Shown: piece by piece, positions 12,611 through 36,163 of the stretch
How the letters are laid out: each line of letters starts with the position of its first letter
Position numbering within the stretch: position 1 is the stretch's first letter
Origin: Enoplolaimus lenunculus
Taxonomy: Eukaryota
Length of the DNA: 56,787 nt
NCBI GenBank assembly: GCA_030248215.1
Contig: JASANG010001519.1
Coordinates: 372,001 to 428,787 of the forward strand
Direction: 5' to 3'
The notes under the pieces: model-generated
Seen by the model: the letters and a program-made list of their open reading frames with translations, nothing else
What the model was told of the DNA's origin: nothing
Database searches by the model: none
Translations under genes and position numbers: made by a program

Positions 12611-15242
12611 TGATTATAATCAAAACAGTATAACAGGCGTTTATTTTTAATGTTTATCGATAATATGTATCAATATTTTAAAAAGTAGATACCAAACCAT
12701 AACCTCGAATATATATAATGGGGATTATAAAAGAATTTGCTGAAATTACGATTGAATCTAAGCATCCACGTGTACGGCAATACCGCGGTGTTAATGGATA
12801 TCGATATCGGTAAGTTGACCCAAAATTGATATACAGTTTATTTTATATATTTTTCGTCCGCTATAAGGTAACTGACTATGCAGCGAGTAGCGAAAAACTA
12901 TTTTGACGAATCGCAAAAGCCAAACGCAATTTTGGTACTAAACGTTAATACTTAATTATTCGTTTGATATCGGTTCCAGCAAGGCCTCGGTGAACCGCCT
13001 TTGGATCCGCCAGTGATTCCAGTCCCGCTGTTATCAGATTAACTATAATTTATAGACCCTATATTGAAAGTACACGGAAAATGAGCGTATTGGTACAAGC
13101 AAGCAGACCAAATGGGGCGGGCGGTGGTGATAGCCTCCATCAGAAGCTTTTTACCATAATAGTGAGCTCTGTACCTTAGGAATTTCAATTTGGGTCAATA
13201 TAACTGCGTTTGAGCGTTTGGTATCTCGCGAGCGAAATGAGCATAATTTCTTCGAAGCAAATAGCGTAAGCTCTTCGTCAGAACTTTTTAAACCAGCCAC
13301 TTAGGGGGGTGGGGGTAATGTTCAGGTCAGTCTGAAATGTTCTACGGGAAAATTATATAAGGGAAATAGGTTTGAAAACTTTTTCTATTCTTCGCTACAC
13401 TTGAAGGTCACGATCAGACTTTAGGCGTACTGATTAACTTTATAGTCCAAAGGGTTTATGCGTCATAAGCCAAACAATGACTGATAGCTTTAATTGTTTT
13501 TTTCTACAGTTTTTATTTATAATTAACATTTAATATACGTGTCTTTATTGCTACACAGTATAAAAATTGGCATTTAGATCGTTACGTCAACAGGATGTAA
13601 CCGGATATTCGTTTCCGTTTAGAATCAATGTTTGTTTCCGTTTCCGTTAAAGAAATACGGCAATTTGTGTTGTTTTTACGTTTATGTTATTTATTTGTAA
13701 ATCGCATAAAATCATCCAGTTTGTCAATTACAGATACGTTGCAATTGTTCGATTTTGAGATAAATTTCCAAATTTTTTCATAACGTCCTCTTTATCATAG
13801 AGTTCTTTTGTGATAAAATGGTCAGGACCCTACCTTACAATTTTTTTCACAAAACATTTTTTGTAAAAAATATAAGGTCTCTAGTTTTTACCTCAGAAAT
13901 TTTTAGTGCTAAAATGATAAAATGATAATGTGGTTACCTTACAATTATTATGATCAGAAAATAAAATGATAAGGTCCCCCCTACCTTACAATATTTCCCA
14001 CAAAAAATTTTTTGTAAAAAATATAAGGTCTCGAGTTTTTACCTCAGAAATTTTTAATTTTCCATCTCAAAAATTTTTTTGGACATAAAATGATAACGTC
14101 CTACAAGTTTTGCGTTTCATAACATTTGCCACCCCGCCCCTTCCCCGTCAGAAATTCCTGGATCCACCGCTGCGTGGATGTCCAGATTAAGCTATTACGG
14201 ATGTGTTTGTCTGTCCAAGGCCATGTAGATTTACGGCAGCAATTAATTGCGAAAAAAATTTTCAGCTTTCCGTTTCAAAACATTAATATTCAACATTTCA
14301 TCAGAAAAACAAGCTAAAAGATGTTCAACGCAATATTTTGACTAAATATTTCCGGAAACAGGACAGCCTATAAACGCGTTAACAGTTTATATTTTACCAA
14401 AATTTTCAACTATTAAAACCACTTCAAATTCTTCAAAATTGTGTCAAGTGTGAAACAAAAAAAATTTCTGGGAAACAAACATTGTTGCTAGTCCCTCCTG
14501 CGTGGAACCGCTGACGAATCCAGGATGGCGAGGGTCAGACCATTAACTTTAACAAACGCTAAAAACCAAACGGCTGCATGAGCATTTATAAATGCGTTTG
14601 AGTTCTCGCTCGCTTTACTCGCAAGTTTTTTCACTATTACTCATCGCTCGACGGTGTTTGGTTGTCAAGAATTTCTGGATTCGCTACTACGCTGGCAGCC
14701 ATACGGGCGCCTTCAACAAGATTGGCATCTTGCAGGTGCTCAAAGATTACAATTTAAACGGTATCCTGTTTTGCAAAACTGGAATATTTAAATATTAAAA
14801 ATTGCTTAAAAAGTTCACTTTTGACAGAGAGAAAAATCTAATAAAATGTCAAAACAGAGTTCGATGTTTACAAGCAGAAACGCAGTTGTGAAATAAAAAC
14901 AAAAATAATTATTTTAACGATGCGACAAGTTTTTTTGTCAGTGAAATTTGCAACAAATATTCGGCTTCCAGCTTCTTCTGAGACTTAAAGTTTCTATTTG
15001 AAATTTTCGGCATTTATCAAATAGAAGTATTATAAGCACGTGGTGAATTTCAGTTATTTTCTTTAGTAGTTTTTTTTTGATGATATTCGTTTTCGTAATA
15101 GAAAAGTGTAAGCTTATTGTTTCGGTTAATGGAGTTTTTATTCGTCAAATTTGAACAGCATCTATCGCTAGTTCGAATGCTCGTTCTTGTATCATTTGTT
15201 TAAATTAAAGTCTGCCGTTTTTTATAAGTTGTTCGTCCGGGG

Positions 15243-15451
15243 TGGCCATGTAAAGTTCAGGGGCGGAACGTTTTTCTGTTGGACTAGAAACTAGTAAGCT
15301 TAAGCTTTAGACTATATTTTTTAGCTTGGCTTAGGCTTAGGCTTCGGCTTAGGCTTAGGAATATGCTCATTCTTTCGCTTAGGCTTAGGCTTAGACTTAG
15401 GCTTACGAATATGCTTATAATACTGCTCCGCTGCTGATCTTTGCATTGGCC
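15243..15451. mobile_element. TTAGGC-bearing Merlin-like MITE (B)
   Basis: Perfect TSD GTCCGGGG. Confidence 0.9.
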
Positions 15452-16948
15452 GTCCGGGGTGTCAATTTGCAGCCAGATATACTTCTACAATTTTAACATT
15501 TACGGCTATTGTAGCACGTTTTTTTGTATTGAACGAATCAATAATAGCGATAGCATAGTTTACTTTAGGGTGCACTCAGAATAATATTTCTGATATTTGA
15601 GAAAAAATTTCTTGCATTTAAGAAATATAATTAGCAGGTGCACTTGAAAAGTATTTCTGTTATAACAGAAAAGTTGTCAAAAAAGTTTTGAAATAAAGTC
15701 TGAAAATAAACGTTTTCCGGTTACTTTAAGAAAAATTGTCTTACATATCAGAAAAACGTTTCAGATTTGTAACAGAGAATACTTTTCTAAATAAATTCAG
15801 GAATAATTTTTTGTGTGTGGCGCTATATTTTACAAATGGCTTATGAGGTACCAAATGGCGATTCACGTGGGTCACCGTACGATGCCAGTCCGCTGTCTGA
15901 CGGTATTGAAATAGTCCATAGGTATAGCACCACGCTAAGGTTTGCGTTGAAATAAGACAGTATTGATAGTGAAATAACGCCAGGACCGATTTTTGCTTTG
16001 TTATGCTGCTATTTGATAGTGAACTCAGAAGACTTGAACTAATTAATGTCATTTCTGTTCGAGCCAAATAGATTTCGCTCAATAGCATCTGTTTTTTATT
16101 TCGGTCAAAACTGAACAAGAGACGAAAATATATAACAACTTAAGCTTAATTACCCGATGGGAATCATGTATACTTTACGCCATATTCAGTAAGTGACAAA
16201 TTCTTATAAGAGCTTGTATTGTTTAATTCTCACGCCAAGCTTCGTATTGGACTACTCGAGCAAGCTAATTGCAGTTTCACACAATGCTGACCTAAGTCTA
16301 CGTATAAACAATTTTTTTCCAAAGTGGCGTTCTAGCATTTCTAAAGAACTGGTTTGGCAGTTTAATTTGTTTTCAAGTCGTGATAAAAAATTTGAAGAAA
16401 ATTCCTATCGTATGCCACTATTATATCACCAATTTATGCAAGCATTTTTGTAAAAATTTCAAAAATTCATTTCAATAAACTGCGCACAATTTGGATAAAA
16501 TATTTCGAACAAAATGAATTATTACTCCAATGCCGCCGTCAATGTTTCGCAGCCAGTTCTCGAATATTTTGAAGTGGCAACGAACGGCATCATATCATCG
16601 AAAAATCGTTTCAAAAACATTGTTCAAAAGTTGATATATTCGGCGAAATTTTCTCTACTTTTTATAGTACCGCAAAACGCTGGTCGCATCTGTCGAATAG
16701 TTTCATTTTGAAATTTGAAACTAAAGTCCACACAAACCATTTTGTGTCAAATTTTAGAAAATGATATTTAGTGTTTTTCGTTTGTTTTTTTTCTTATTTT
16801 TTTGGCTTCTTTTTTGCAGAACGAGACACTGTTTCATTTTTGTTCAAGACTAAGTTTCGTAAAAAAATATGTGTGTTTTCTCGTTTAATTTCAATTATTA
16901 ATAATAACAATTAACGATGTCGGCATAATGGGTATTCATAAACTTTTA

Positions 16949-17097
16949 GGCCAACTCTTAGGGGCAGTAAACAGTAGATTAAGCGTTTTCGTACGCCTAA
17001 GCCTAAGCATTGCAAAAATGTGTTCCTAAGCCTATAAGCTTGATCCTAAACCTATGCCTAAGCAAGAAATGTAATCTAGATTAAAGTAACATGGGCC
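16949..17097. mobile_element. TTAGGC-bearing Merlin-like MITE (A, deleted)
   Basis: Flanks aactttta / aacttttg; right TIR AAAGTAACATGGGCC. Confidence 0.8.
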
Positions 17098-17448
17098 AAC
17101 TTTTGTATTTAGGTTTGATTTCAATACAGGCAACGCTGCCTTGGAACAAAGCGCCTACAATTCTCAAAAGTTGTATTTTCTGTAATATTTATAGAATCAA
17201 GAGACCTGATTGGCTTATTTTTGTTTGAAAATTTTAAATTTAATTTCTTAAAAAAACTTTTTTGTTTTTCTAAGCTTACGTGTAAAGTATTGCAGGTGTA
17301 ACCTGTTTGCTTGTAATCTAAATAGGACAGTGTTTGCAACAATTTTAGTAATTTTTAACCAAATAGTTTGTAGAAAATTTGAAAACTTCTAAATTAGTTG
17401 CTCCAATGCTCAAATAATGTATGCAGCAACATCTATCAAATATCAACA

Positions 17449-17593
17449 CAGGCCAGTAGCCAGCTCACCTTGCTAGGGAAGGCTAAAAAATTTTCAAGAG
17501 GGGCATTCAAGGAAGTTGAAAATTTTCTAGGAGGGTAAAATTTTCTCAGAAGGGGGGCTCAGCTCCCCCTGGCCCCCCTTGGCTACGCACCCG
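17449..17593. mobile_element. hAT-like MITE
   Basis: CAGGCCAGTAGCC / GGCTACGCACCCG; flanks tatcaaca / aatcaaca. Confidence 0.75.
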
Positions 17594-17912
17594 AATCAAC
17601 AGTTCACAGCAGTTCTTGCAATTTGAAAGCCAGTACACGAAAAGGTTTAGAAATGTAGCGCAGTTGTTGAACTCGAGCAAACATATTTTTCTGCAAAATT
17701 TTCAAGTCACTAATTGCCACAGTTCGCTTGGTTAAAAATCCATATGCCCGCTGGTGATAGGTGCTGGCCAATGATGAGAATACGTCGTCAAGTATCAACC
17801 TTATTTTAGAGTTGGCCAACGAACTTGAATGACAAATTGATATTTTCTATTTGTTGTATAATTTCTTTCACGTATGATTGCCGTCACAGCCAGAAGAGCG
17901 TACAGAAGTGAA

Positions 17913-18188
17913 GGTCAATGGTACATTTAGGGCCGTAACAGTAGATTAAGCGTATTCTTAAGCCTAAGCCTAAGCCGAAGCGTTGCGAAAGCGTATTCCT
18001 AAGCCTAAGCCTAAGCCTAAGCCTAAGCGTTGCGAAAGCGTATTCCTAAGCCTAAACCTAAGCCTAAAGCGTTGCAAAAGCGTATTCCTAAGCCTAAGCC
18101 TAAGCAAAAAATGTAGTCTAGAATGTAAACCTACTCATTGTTACAGACCGACCAGGAACTGGGACGGCCCTAAAAGTAAACATGAGTC
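17913..18188. mobile_element. TTAGGC-bearing Merlin-like MITE (A) with triplicated core
   Basis: gcgttgc(g/a)aaagcgtattcc(taagcc)n three times; flanks gaagtgaa / taagtaaa. Confidence 0.8.
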
Positions 18189-19120
18189 TAAGTAAACATC
18201 AAAATTTTTTGAAAATTAATCACTGTACACTTCTGCAAACAACGTAAACCTAAGCCTAATTTACATCAAAAATTGCAAAATTTTATAAACGCTTTGATAA
18301 ATGTGTGCAAGTTGACGAAAATTACTATATTTCAATTAAGCTAATTTAGGATACTGCCTAACAGGCAGAATAGGTTTTATATACATGTGTCGCCGTCGAA
18401 CCCTTACGACCAACTCAGCGTTTAAGTGGGTTAAAACTTTTATCGTAGCTCACGTTGTATAAGTGCTAATAGTCGTTCTTGGAATGCATTCTTAGCAATC
18501 GATATACAAACAAAACTATTTGTAAATATACACGAAAAAAACAATTTATATATGAAGAATACAATTGTTTTAGACATTGCGCAACAACTAAAAAAAGCGA
18601 TATTTTTATCTAAAATTTAAACTGAAAAAACCTCAACACCAAAAGCCATCCATCGTTTTTTAGCTGTGTCTTCGTTGCAAGCATCCGTTGCTAAAAGTGC
18701 AAAAATTTTCACCGCCGTCACTTGTGTTGCTTTAAGCATTTTGCCGTTTTGCAACAAAAGCTTCTTCAAAGTCGTTAGCTTTACGGTTTACGGCGGCGGA
18801 AAGAATGTTTGTTGCATCGCTCGCGTGCGCGCAATGAACGCTTTCATATACAGAACGTTTTTTAAACAATTTGAGTCAAAAATTGCAAATATTTCGTTTT
18901 GTTTTTAAATTTGTAATTTTAAAAAAATTGGCGTGTTTAGGATGCATAATTTGTGAAAATGTGTCAACTATTGTTTTATGATACGAACGTTGCTTCCGCG
19001 TTTAATATAGTAGTCACGAACAACCTGACGCTGTCTTAAAACCAGGAGCCGATTTAGAAGGAGCGAGGTGGCGCTGCACGCCATTACAAAATTTTTGGCA
19101 TAAATTGTTATGCTTCCTTC

Positions 19121-19318
19121 GGCCCATGTTACTTTAAGGGGGCGTCCAGGTTTCTGGTTGGTCTATGAAAAAGTAGGTTTAGAATCTAGATTACATTTTT
19201 TTGCTTAGGCTTAAGCTTAGGCTTAGGCTTAGGAACTCATTTTTTCAACGCTTAGGTTTAGGCTTAGGTTTAGGAATATGCTTAATCTACTGTTACGCTC
19301 CTTAAAGTAACATTGGCC
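19121..19318. mobile_element. TTAGGC-bearing Merlin-like MITE (A)
   Basis: GGCCCATGTTACTTTAAGG / CCTTAAAGTAACATTGGCC. Confidence 0.9.
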
Positions 19319-19695
19319 GTTCCTTGTTTGCAAATTTTTACTTGAAACGAACAGCATATACTTCGAGCGAAGGGCAGAAATTTGACATTTGTCGTTAAAG
19401 CGGCTTTAACAACGCTGGTTTTAGGTTCAAACCAGAAACAGTGTTTTCTTTACTTGAAGCGACTGTGGAAAATGCGTCTGCATAGTTGTCCCTGTTGCGG
19501 CGTTGAATTGTATAAACCTGAAAGGAAATGTGGTTACAAGGGTATGTAGCGAAATAAGGTATTACTTCTGACTTTATAGTCAGGTTGTTATATCGAAATC
19601 CATAACCTCGTATAAAACTTTAGCTTTGAGTAAGTTCCTTTGAGGGAACATGTAAAAAACATGACTGGATAATCGTAAGTCAGAGAACGGTAGTA

Positions 19696-19900
19696 CACTG
19701 CAAAAAATGGTGAGTCAAATTCAGACTGTCTTCAAAATAGGCTTTTACACAAACTAAGTCAAATTCGACTCCGAGAGAGTCAAACGTGCGACTCAGTGAA
19801 TCGAATTTGACTTTGTCGGAGTCGAATTTTGACTCAATTTGTGTAGTCTCGAAAGGTCTATTTTGGAGAGCGTAAATTTGACTCACCATTTTTTGCAGCG
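19696..19900. mobile_element. Palindromic TA-TSD MITE (CACTGCAAAAAATGGTGAGTCAAAT family)
   Basis: ta|CACTGCAAAAAATGGTGAGTCAAAT...ATTTGACTCACCATTTTTTGCAGCG|ta. Confidence 0.85.
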
Positions 19901-20030
19901 TAGGATAATGAAGGAAACCTCGTGAACATAACAAGCAAAACGCCAAACGCAATTGATGGATTTGATGCGTTCAGCGTTGCAAAAAATATCACAACTTATC
20001 ATTTCGAATTATTTTAACCCTACACAAAGG

Positions 20031-20307
20031 CGTCCCATGTATAGAACAGGGCCGGAACAGTAGTATAAGCACATTCCTAAGCCTAAAGCCTAAGCCTAAG
20101 CGTATGCATGGACCAATTTCTAAGCATAAGCCTAAGCCTAAGCGTATGGATGAGCCAATTCCTAAGCCTGAGCCTAAGTCTAAGCCTAAGCGTATAGATG
20201 AGCCTATTCTTAAGCCTAAGCATAAGCAAAAAAATTAGCATAAAGCTTAAACTGACTCTATTATAGCACCTTCGGAAAACGATCCGGCCCTGTTCTATAC
20301 ATGGGCC
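20031..20307. mobile_element. TTAGGC-bearing Merlin-like MITE (C)
   Basis: CCCATGTATAGAACAGGGCCGGA / TCCGGCCCTGTTCTATACATGGGCC. Confidence 0.85.
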
Positions 20308-21309
20308 CTTTTACCATAGGAGGAAAATTTATCATTGATCTTAAGCGAAAGCGAAAAATAACAGGGAACAGTTAATTTTTGGATCAGCTGTTACACTGTT
20401 ACGTCCGTCGAAGAGCGTTTAGCGTGGACCCTACCGTCATAGAAACGTATCCATAATCACATATCAAATTTGTTGTATATAAAGGCTTTTTAAGCATTAA
20501 TATTTTTCTAGTTTGTCTATTGCATTTAGTCTCTTAATTCAAGTGGTCTATACGTTGAAATCTTGAGTTCAAAAAACCGTTTCTAAGCATAACCTACGGA
20601 AATTATTTGATTTTTTTATATTTTCTGCCGTTAAAATAACGCATACCAACACAGCATTGTGCAATATGAGTTACGCAACTTTTAAGCATCTTTTAGCTTG
20701 CTTTTAAGCTCTTTGTAGCGTTAACAAAGTCCAGGGTTTAGCGTAAAAGCAACAAAATATGTCTTAAATCGACGTATAGACATATGGAGTTTGACAGATA
20801 AAAAACTTTGAATAATTTTTTACTTGGTTTTTTGCCTCAGATTTTTGTTATGAGGGTAGTGTAACTATGCTAAAATAGTTGTCACTCCGTTTCGGTAAAT
20901 TAATATTTTTAGACCCAGCAACCTAAAAGCGTCCGAGCAGTGACGTAGCCAGACGGGGGGTGGCAACGGGTGCCATGCCCAATTTCGATGAATTTGACTG
21001 ATCTAAATTTTGTATAATAAATGATTGGTAAAGCTAAGACTGTTTATATAGACAGGAAACAAGGCAATATACACTTAACTAATTGATACGGTCCAGTTTA
21101 AACCAGAATCCTGGCTAAGTACGCCATGTTTACTGATACTAAAATAAGTGTAAATACAAACGAAATAATGAAACTAACAATTAGGTTTAGGCCAACACGG
21201 TTCGCTTACGATTTAGCGTGTTTCACGTACTTCCTGCAAACCAAAAAGTTAAGATTAATTTTCTTCCAGGTTATTTTTAATTTCATAAAATTAAGCAAAT
21301 TTCAAAACA

Positions 21310-31603
<10,294 letters not shown>

Positions 31604-31664
31604 GTTTTTAGCAGTAATTATTTTTTTTCTTGAAACTGTGAATTATTTTTCGTTCTTATAGTAA

Positions 31665-31670
31665 AATAAA
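31665..31670 (+). promoter_or_regulatory. Candidate polyadenylation signal of the kinase gene
   Basis: AATAAA about 60 nt after the TGA at 31601-31603. Confidence 0.5.
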
Positions 31671-31843
31671 ATATTTTGACTGTCGTCCAATGGTGGAGCA
31701 GATGGCGCTGTAAACAAAGCGACTTTGATCTCCTTCACAAAATTGTGGCATACCACGTTTGAAGATAAACAAAGTTTTAGCCTGATACTTTTTCAACTGA
31801 TAAAACTTCAGGGGTGGCAAAAGTAGAACACATAAGCTTTAAT

Positions 31844-32685
31844 GGCCCATGTTACTTTAAGGGGCGTCCAGCTTTCTGGTGGGTCTATAAAAAAGTAGGT
31901 TTAGATTTTAGATTACATTTTTTGCTTAGGCTTAGGCTTTAGGAACACAATTTTGCAACGCTTAGGCTTAGGCTTAGAAATCCGATTTTATCTACTGTTA
32001 CGCCCGTTAAAGTAACATTGGCCAGATAAATTATTACATTCATGTCCCCTTACCTGCAGTAGACATGCCTTATCCGATCTGGCCACAAATATTGACAGGA
32101 TATGGCCGACTTAGCGAATATATAACACAAGTAATCAAGTTAACCATGTTGGCACATGTAAAGATCAGGGGCGGAACGTTTTTCTGCGGACTAGAAAAGA
32201 GTAAGCGTAAGCTATAGACTAATTATTTGTTTGGCTTAGGCTTACGCTTATGAATATGCTCATTCTTACGCTTAAACTTAAGCTTTGGCTTAGAAATATG
32301 CTTTACTGTTCCGCCCGTGTTCTTTACATTGGCCACCATCGGCCTATCGTTCAAAATTAGCAATTGCTATTTACATTGGCATACGGTGTGGCGTAATTTG
32401 TTGATTTCGTTTTCTAAATTCGGTGTTTGTTATTTCTGGTTTCACAAACAAAATAGAAATATTTTTTTCTAAAAAACCACAAACGATCTTTTAGGCGCAG
32501 GGCCTTTGGGCCTACAGGTGTTGCATTTGTTCCGCATCAAACGGCCCATGATAAAAGATTAGGTTTAGATTCTAGATTACATTTTTTGCTCAGGCTTCGG
32601 CTTCGGCTTAGGCTTAGGCGTAGGAATTCATTTTTGCAACGCTTTAGGCTTAGACTTAGGATTAGAAATAAGTATAACATTGGCC
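31844..32685. mobile_element. Cluster of three TTAGGC MITEs (31844-32023 A, 32151-32334 B, 32543-32685 A)
   Basis: Each GGC(C/A)CATG...CATTGGCC with a TTAGGC core. Confidence 0.85.
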
Positions 32686-32994
32686 AAACAAACTATAGAT
32701 TACGCAACAGATTGAAATTTTATTGCAATTGTTAATATCAACCAGTTTATAACTGCATCATTATGTACAAATACCCTGTATATAAGAAGAGATCACGAAT
32801 ATAATAAATGCGAGAGATAATAGAAAATAACCTGTTTTATATGTAAAACCTTAATTTTAAGGAATCCTGTCGAAAAAACCCATATAAAATTATATTTTAA
32901 ACCGCTTTTTACAATTCAAACATCTTTCTAAATGTTTTTTGTAAAGCAGAGAAACTCTAAAATGAATCGTTAGCGTATTATTAATATGTTGCAG

Positions 32995-33249
32995 CACTGT
33001 AAATTTGAGTGAGTTGATTTTAACTCAGAATGAGTCGAATCACTCAAACTGAGTTAGGACTATCAGAGCTCACAATTTTGCGTTGATTCAGTTCATTCTG
33101 AGTAAATCAATCAACTCAACCAGAGTCAACTCAACTCAGAATGAGAATCATTACTACTGAGACTGAGTTTAATGTTTACTGATATTAATTCAGAAATAAC
33201 CGACTCGCTATAGGTGAATTGATTAATCAACTCATTGAAATTTACAGTG
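32995..33249. mobile_element. Tc1/mariner-type MITE (CACTGTAAATTT family)
   Basis: CACTGTAAATTT / AAATTTACAGTG. Confidence 0.8.
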
Positions 33250-35016
33250 AGTGAGCCCCTGGGCCGGAAATGTTGACTCTTGCTCAATTTTCCTCGCAAG
33301 CTTACATCTTAGCTTAAGGTATGATTAAGTCTGACAAATTCTTAAACTTTGATGATGGATCAAGAGCGTGTGTCAATTGAAATTGAACGCAAATCTAACA
33401 TTTTTCACGTATAAACGCTACATTTCCTTAGATTGCGAATTTTCTGAGAAACATTTTTACAGCGACGTAGAAATCGATAATGCGTTTCATGGACCAATAT
33501 CTGGGTTCGTGTTACATCATTTGAGCAAACAAATGGCAAAGATCAAAAAAGCCTTATTGAAACACACCAAACGACACAGATAAGCTCGATTTAAAGACAA
33601 TATCAACACAAGTGCAATCATTAATTCATGAAACGATTCAGCAAAAAAACGCAATTATGAAAATTACGGCCACCCAATTCAAATATTAGGGTAAGTCCGT
33701 TGCCAAGGAAACCTCAGCTTCCTTTGAAAAATTTTTGACCGCTCTATGCTCGAAGATTTTCAAACTTGCTTGTAAGTCAACGAAAACCCTTGTATGCCTG
33801 TCTTGAAAAATCTTTAGCGCCACATAGCAAGGTGAGCTAGCTATAGGCCTGCATATGACCAAGTTTTGAATCAACATTTGTCCAAAATTCCGACTACAAC
33901 TCATAAAATCTTTTCAAAATTAATAGAATGTTTAGTTTTTAACCGTTTAAATGATGTTCAGGACAGGCGCACAGATTAAATTCAACTCTGAGTTGAATTG
34001 TTAACTTTAAGAGCGTTGAGTTATTTTAACTCATGTTGAGTTGATTCTTGTTAACACAACATTGCAAGTTAAAGCAGCTCAACTCGAGTTGATTTTAACT
34101 CAGTAGAATGAATTTGCAATACAAACTGAACTATAATTTTAATCTCAGTTCCTGTAGCTGTTGAATTGTATTTCAATTTTGCGTTAAACTAGCGAACGGT
34201 ATTTTATATTTTTGAATAGCTGGAGGTTAAGCAAGATATTAGTTTCCTTAAAAACGTCAAAAATCAAGAGCTGCTAGCGTTTTCCAGAATTGTCGTATAT
34301 TATTTTCTTCTCCAAAACAACAATAGTATTGCTTTCCTATTAAGAATTTGGTAAATATGTGCTTAATTTACGATACTTAAATAGACTACGCCGTAAGTAG
34401 TCTAAAACTTAGGTGCATATTCTCAAATGTGTATAGCAACTATCATCAGTATGCAAAAAATGTGCTGAATTTTGAGCCTCAGCAGTCACTGGTTCCAAAA
34501 TTACAAGACCTATCACCAACTACTGATAGATGCTACACACATTAGAGAATACTCGCCTCAGAGGCTAAATTGGAAATTTTGGTACAAAAGAACAATAAAA
34601 TAAAAAAACATAGAGAAAATATACAAATTGTCGACATCTCATTCGTTAATGGCAAATTTACAAATCAACACCGTTTCGCTAACACTGCTGTGAAAACGTA
34701 TATAAATACAATAATCGTCACCTGATAAGCTATATCTGGCAAGACATTTGGTGTTCGAGACTAGAACATTTTGTGAATTTTTTTACTAAATCCTATGCCA
34801 GAAATGTACAGTTTCCACAATTTTGACGACAAAATTTGATTGGATAACTTAAAAATAGTAGAAAAACGGTATGCTTAAAAACTATTATTCTACTTTGAAG
34901 ACTTCATTGTTCTGTTGAAGTGTTCATTGAGTTTAAATGCTGTTACGACGAATGCTTAACTAAATCGCTATAAATACACATAACACCAAATCCTGCGACA
35001 ATGTATAGCATATAGC

Positions 35017-35186
35017 GACCAATGTTACTTTTAGGGTCATCCAGATTTCTTGTGCGTCTGTAAAAGAGTAGGCTTACATTCTAAACATGTTTTGCTTAGG
35101 CTTAGGCTTAAGAATACGCTTAGGCTTAAGCTTAGCTTTAGGAATACGCTTATTGTACTGTTACGGCCCTAACAGTAACATTGGCC
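35017..35186. mobile_element. TTAGGC-bearing Merlin-like MITE (A)
   Basis: Flanks catatagc / catatagg; a truncated copy follows at about 35245-35380. Confidence 0.8.
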
Positions 35187-36163
35187 CATATAGGTATATA
35201 ACACGAAAAGTGAATAATTGCAATAACATATATAGCTTGAAACTGGCCCATGTCATTATCAGAGGCAGAACGTATTTCTGGACACAGGACTGCAATAGGG
35301 TAAGTTGCAGCTTTAGACTAATTTTTTGCTTTAACTCCGCCTTAGGTATAAGTTCATTCTTACGCTTGGGCTTAGGAATTTTTACTTGTTTGGTCTCGAA
35401 ATTTAGCGAATTTTGTAATTTCGTATTCTGTCCGGCGCTGAAATGCTGTAAATGTTCCCTTATATGAATTACGTAGCCACGATTACATTTCGAGATGATT
35501 AATATCGATTTTTTCTACTCCAGAAGCCAGCAGGTTATTGTAAAGCTTGTGACACTGTCTTTTTCGTCGGTCTGGCCAGAAATAACAGGAAGAGGGTTAT
35601 ATATGTATATATTGTATATATATTTACATACATACATATATATACATATATATATATATATCAGTTGCATATCCATCTTCTATAGATGCCCCTGACAACA
35701 ATGCATAAGTCAAAAGTGACCAATTTTTTGCGATATTGTAAAACACAAATTTCGCTTGAGCAATAAAATAGCGTTCAGATTGCTAAAAGTCACGCAGTGT
35801 TAATACATGCGATTAAACCCTTGATACTTTAACAATTATTGCAACTTTCTGGTATGGAACCTGATTTGCCAGCTAACAAACTGTAACGCATTAGGCTTAA
35901 TAGTTTTTTTCGGTTTAAGTGATGGTTAAAGTTTGGTGTGCTCAGCGATGAATATATTGTTGTGAACGATGCGTTATTTTAATACGGTTGAAATCGAAAG
36001 TATTGCTCTGGTTGACCGGGAACATGAAGTGGCATTGACAGTCCTGCAGCCGCAGCGGCGAATAAGCCTAAAATTAATGATATGTAAACAGACTTTGAGA
36101 TATAACCAATAAACACAGGTATAAGAGTGATGTTCGATATTGTTTAAGATTCGTCATTAAAGG

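Noticed and set aside
19113..19326. 6-bp TSD with CGGCC termini for the TTAGGC MITEs
   Set aside because: Fits two copies, but six others show perfect 8-bp duplications directly against the GG..CC-type ends.
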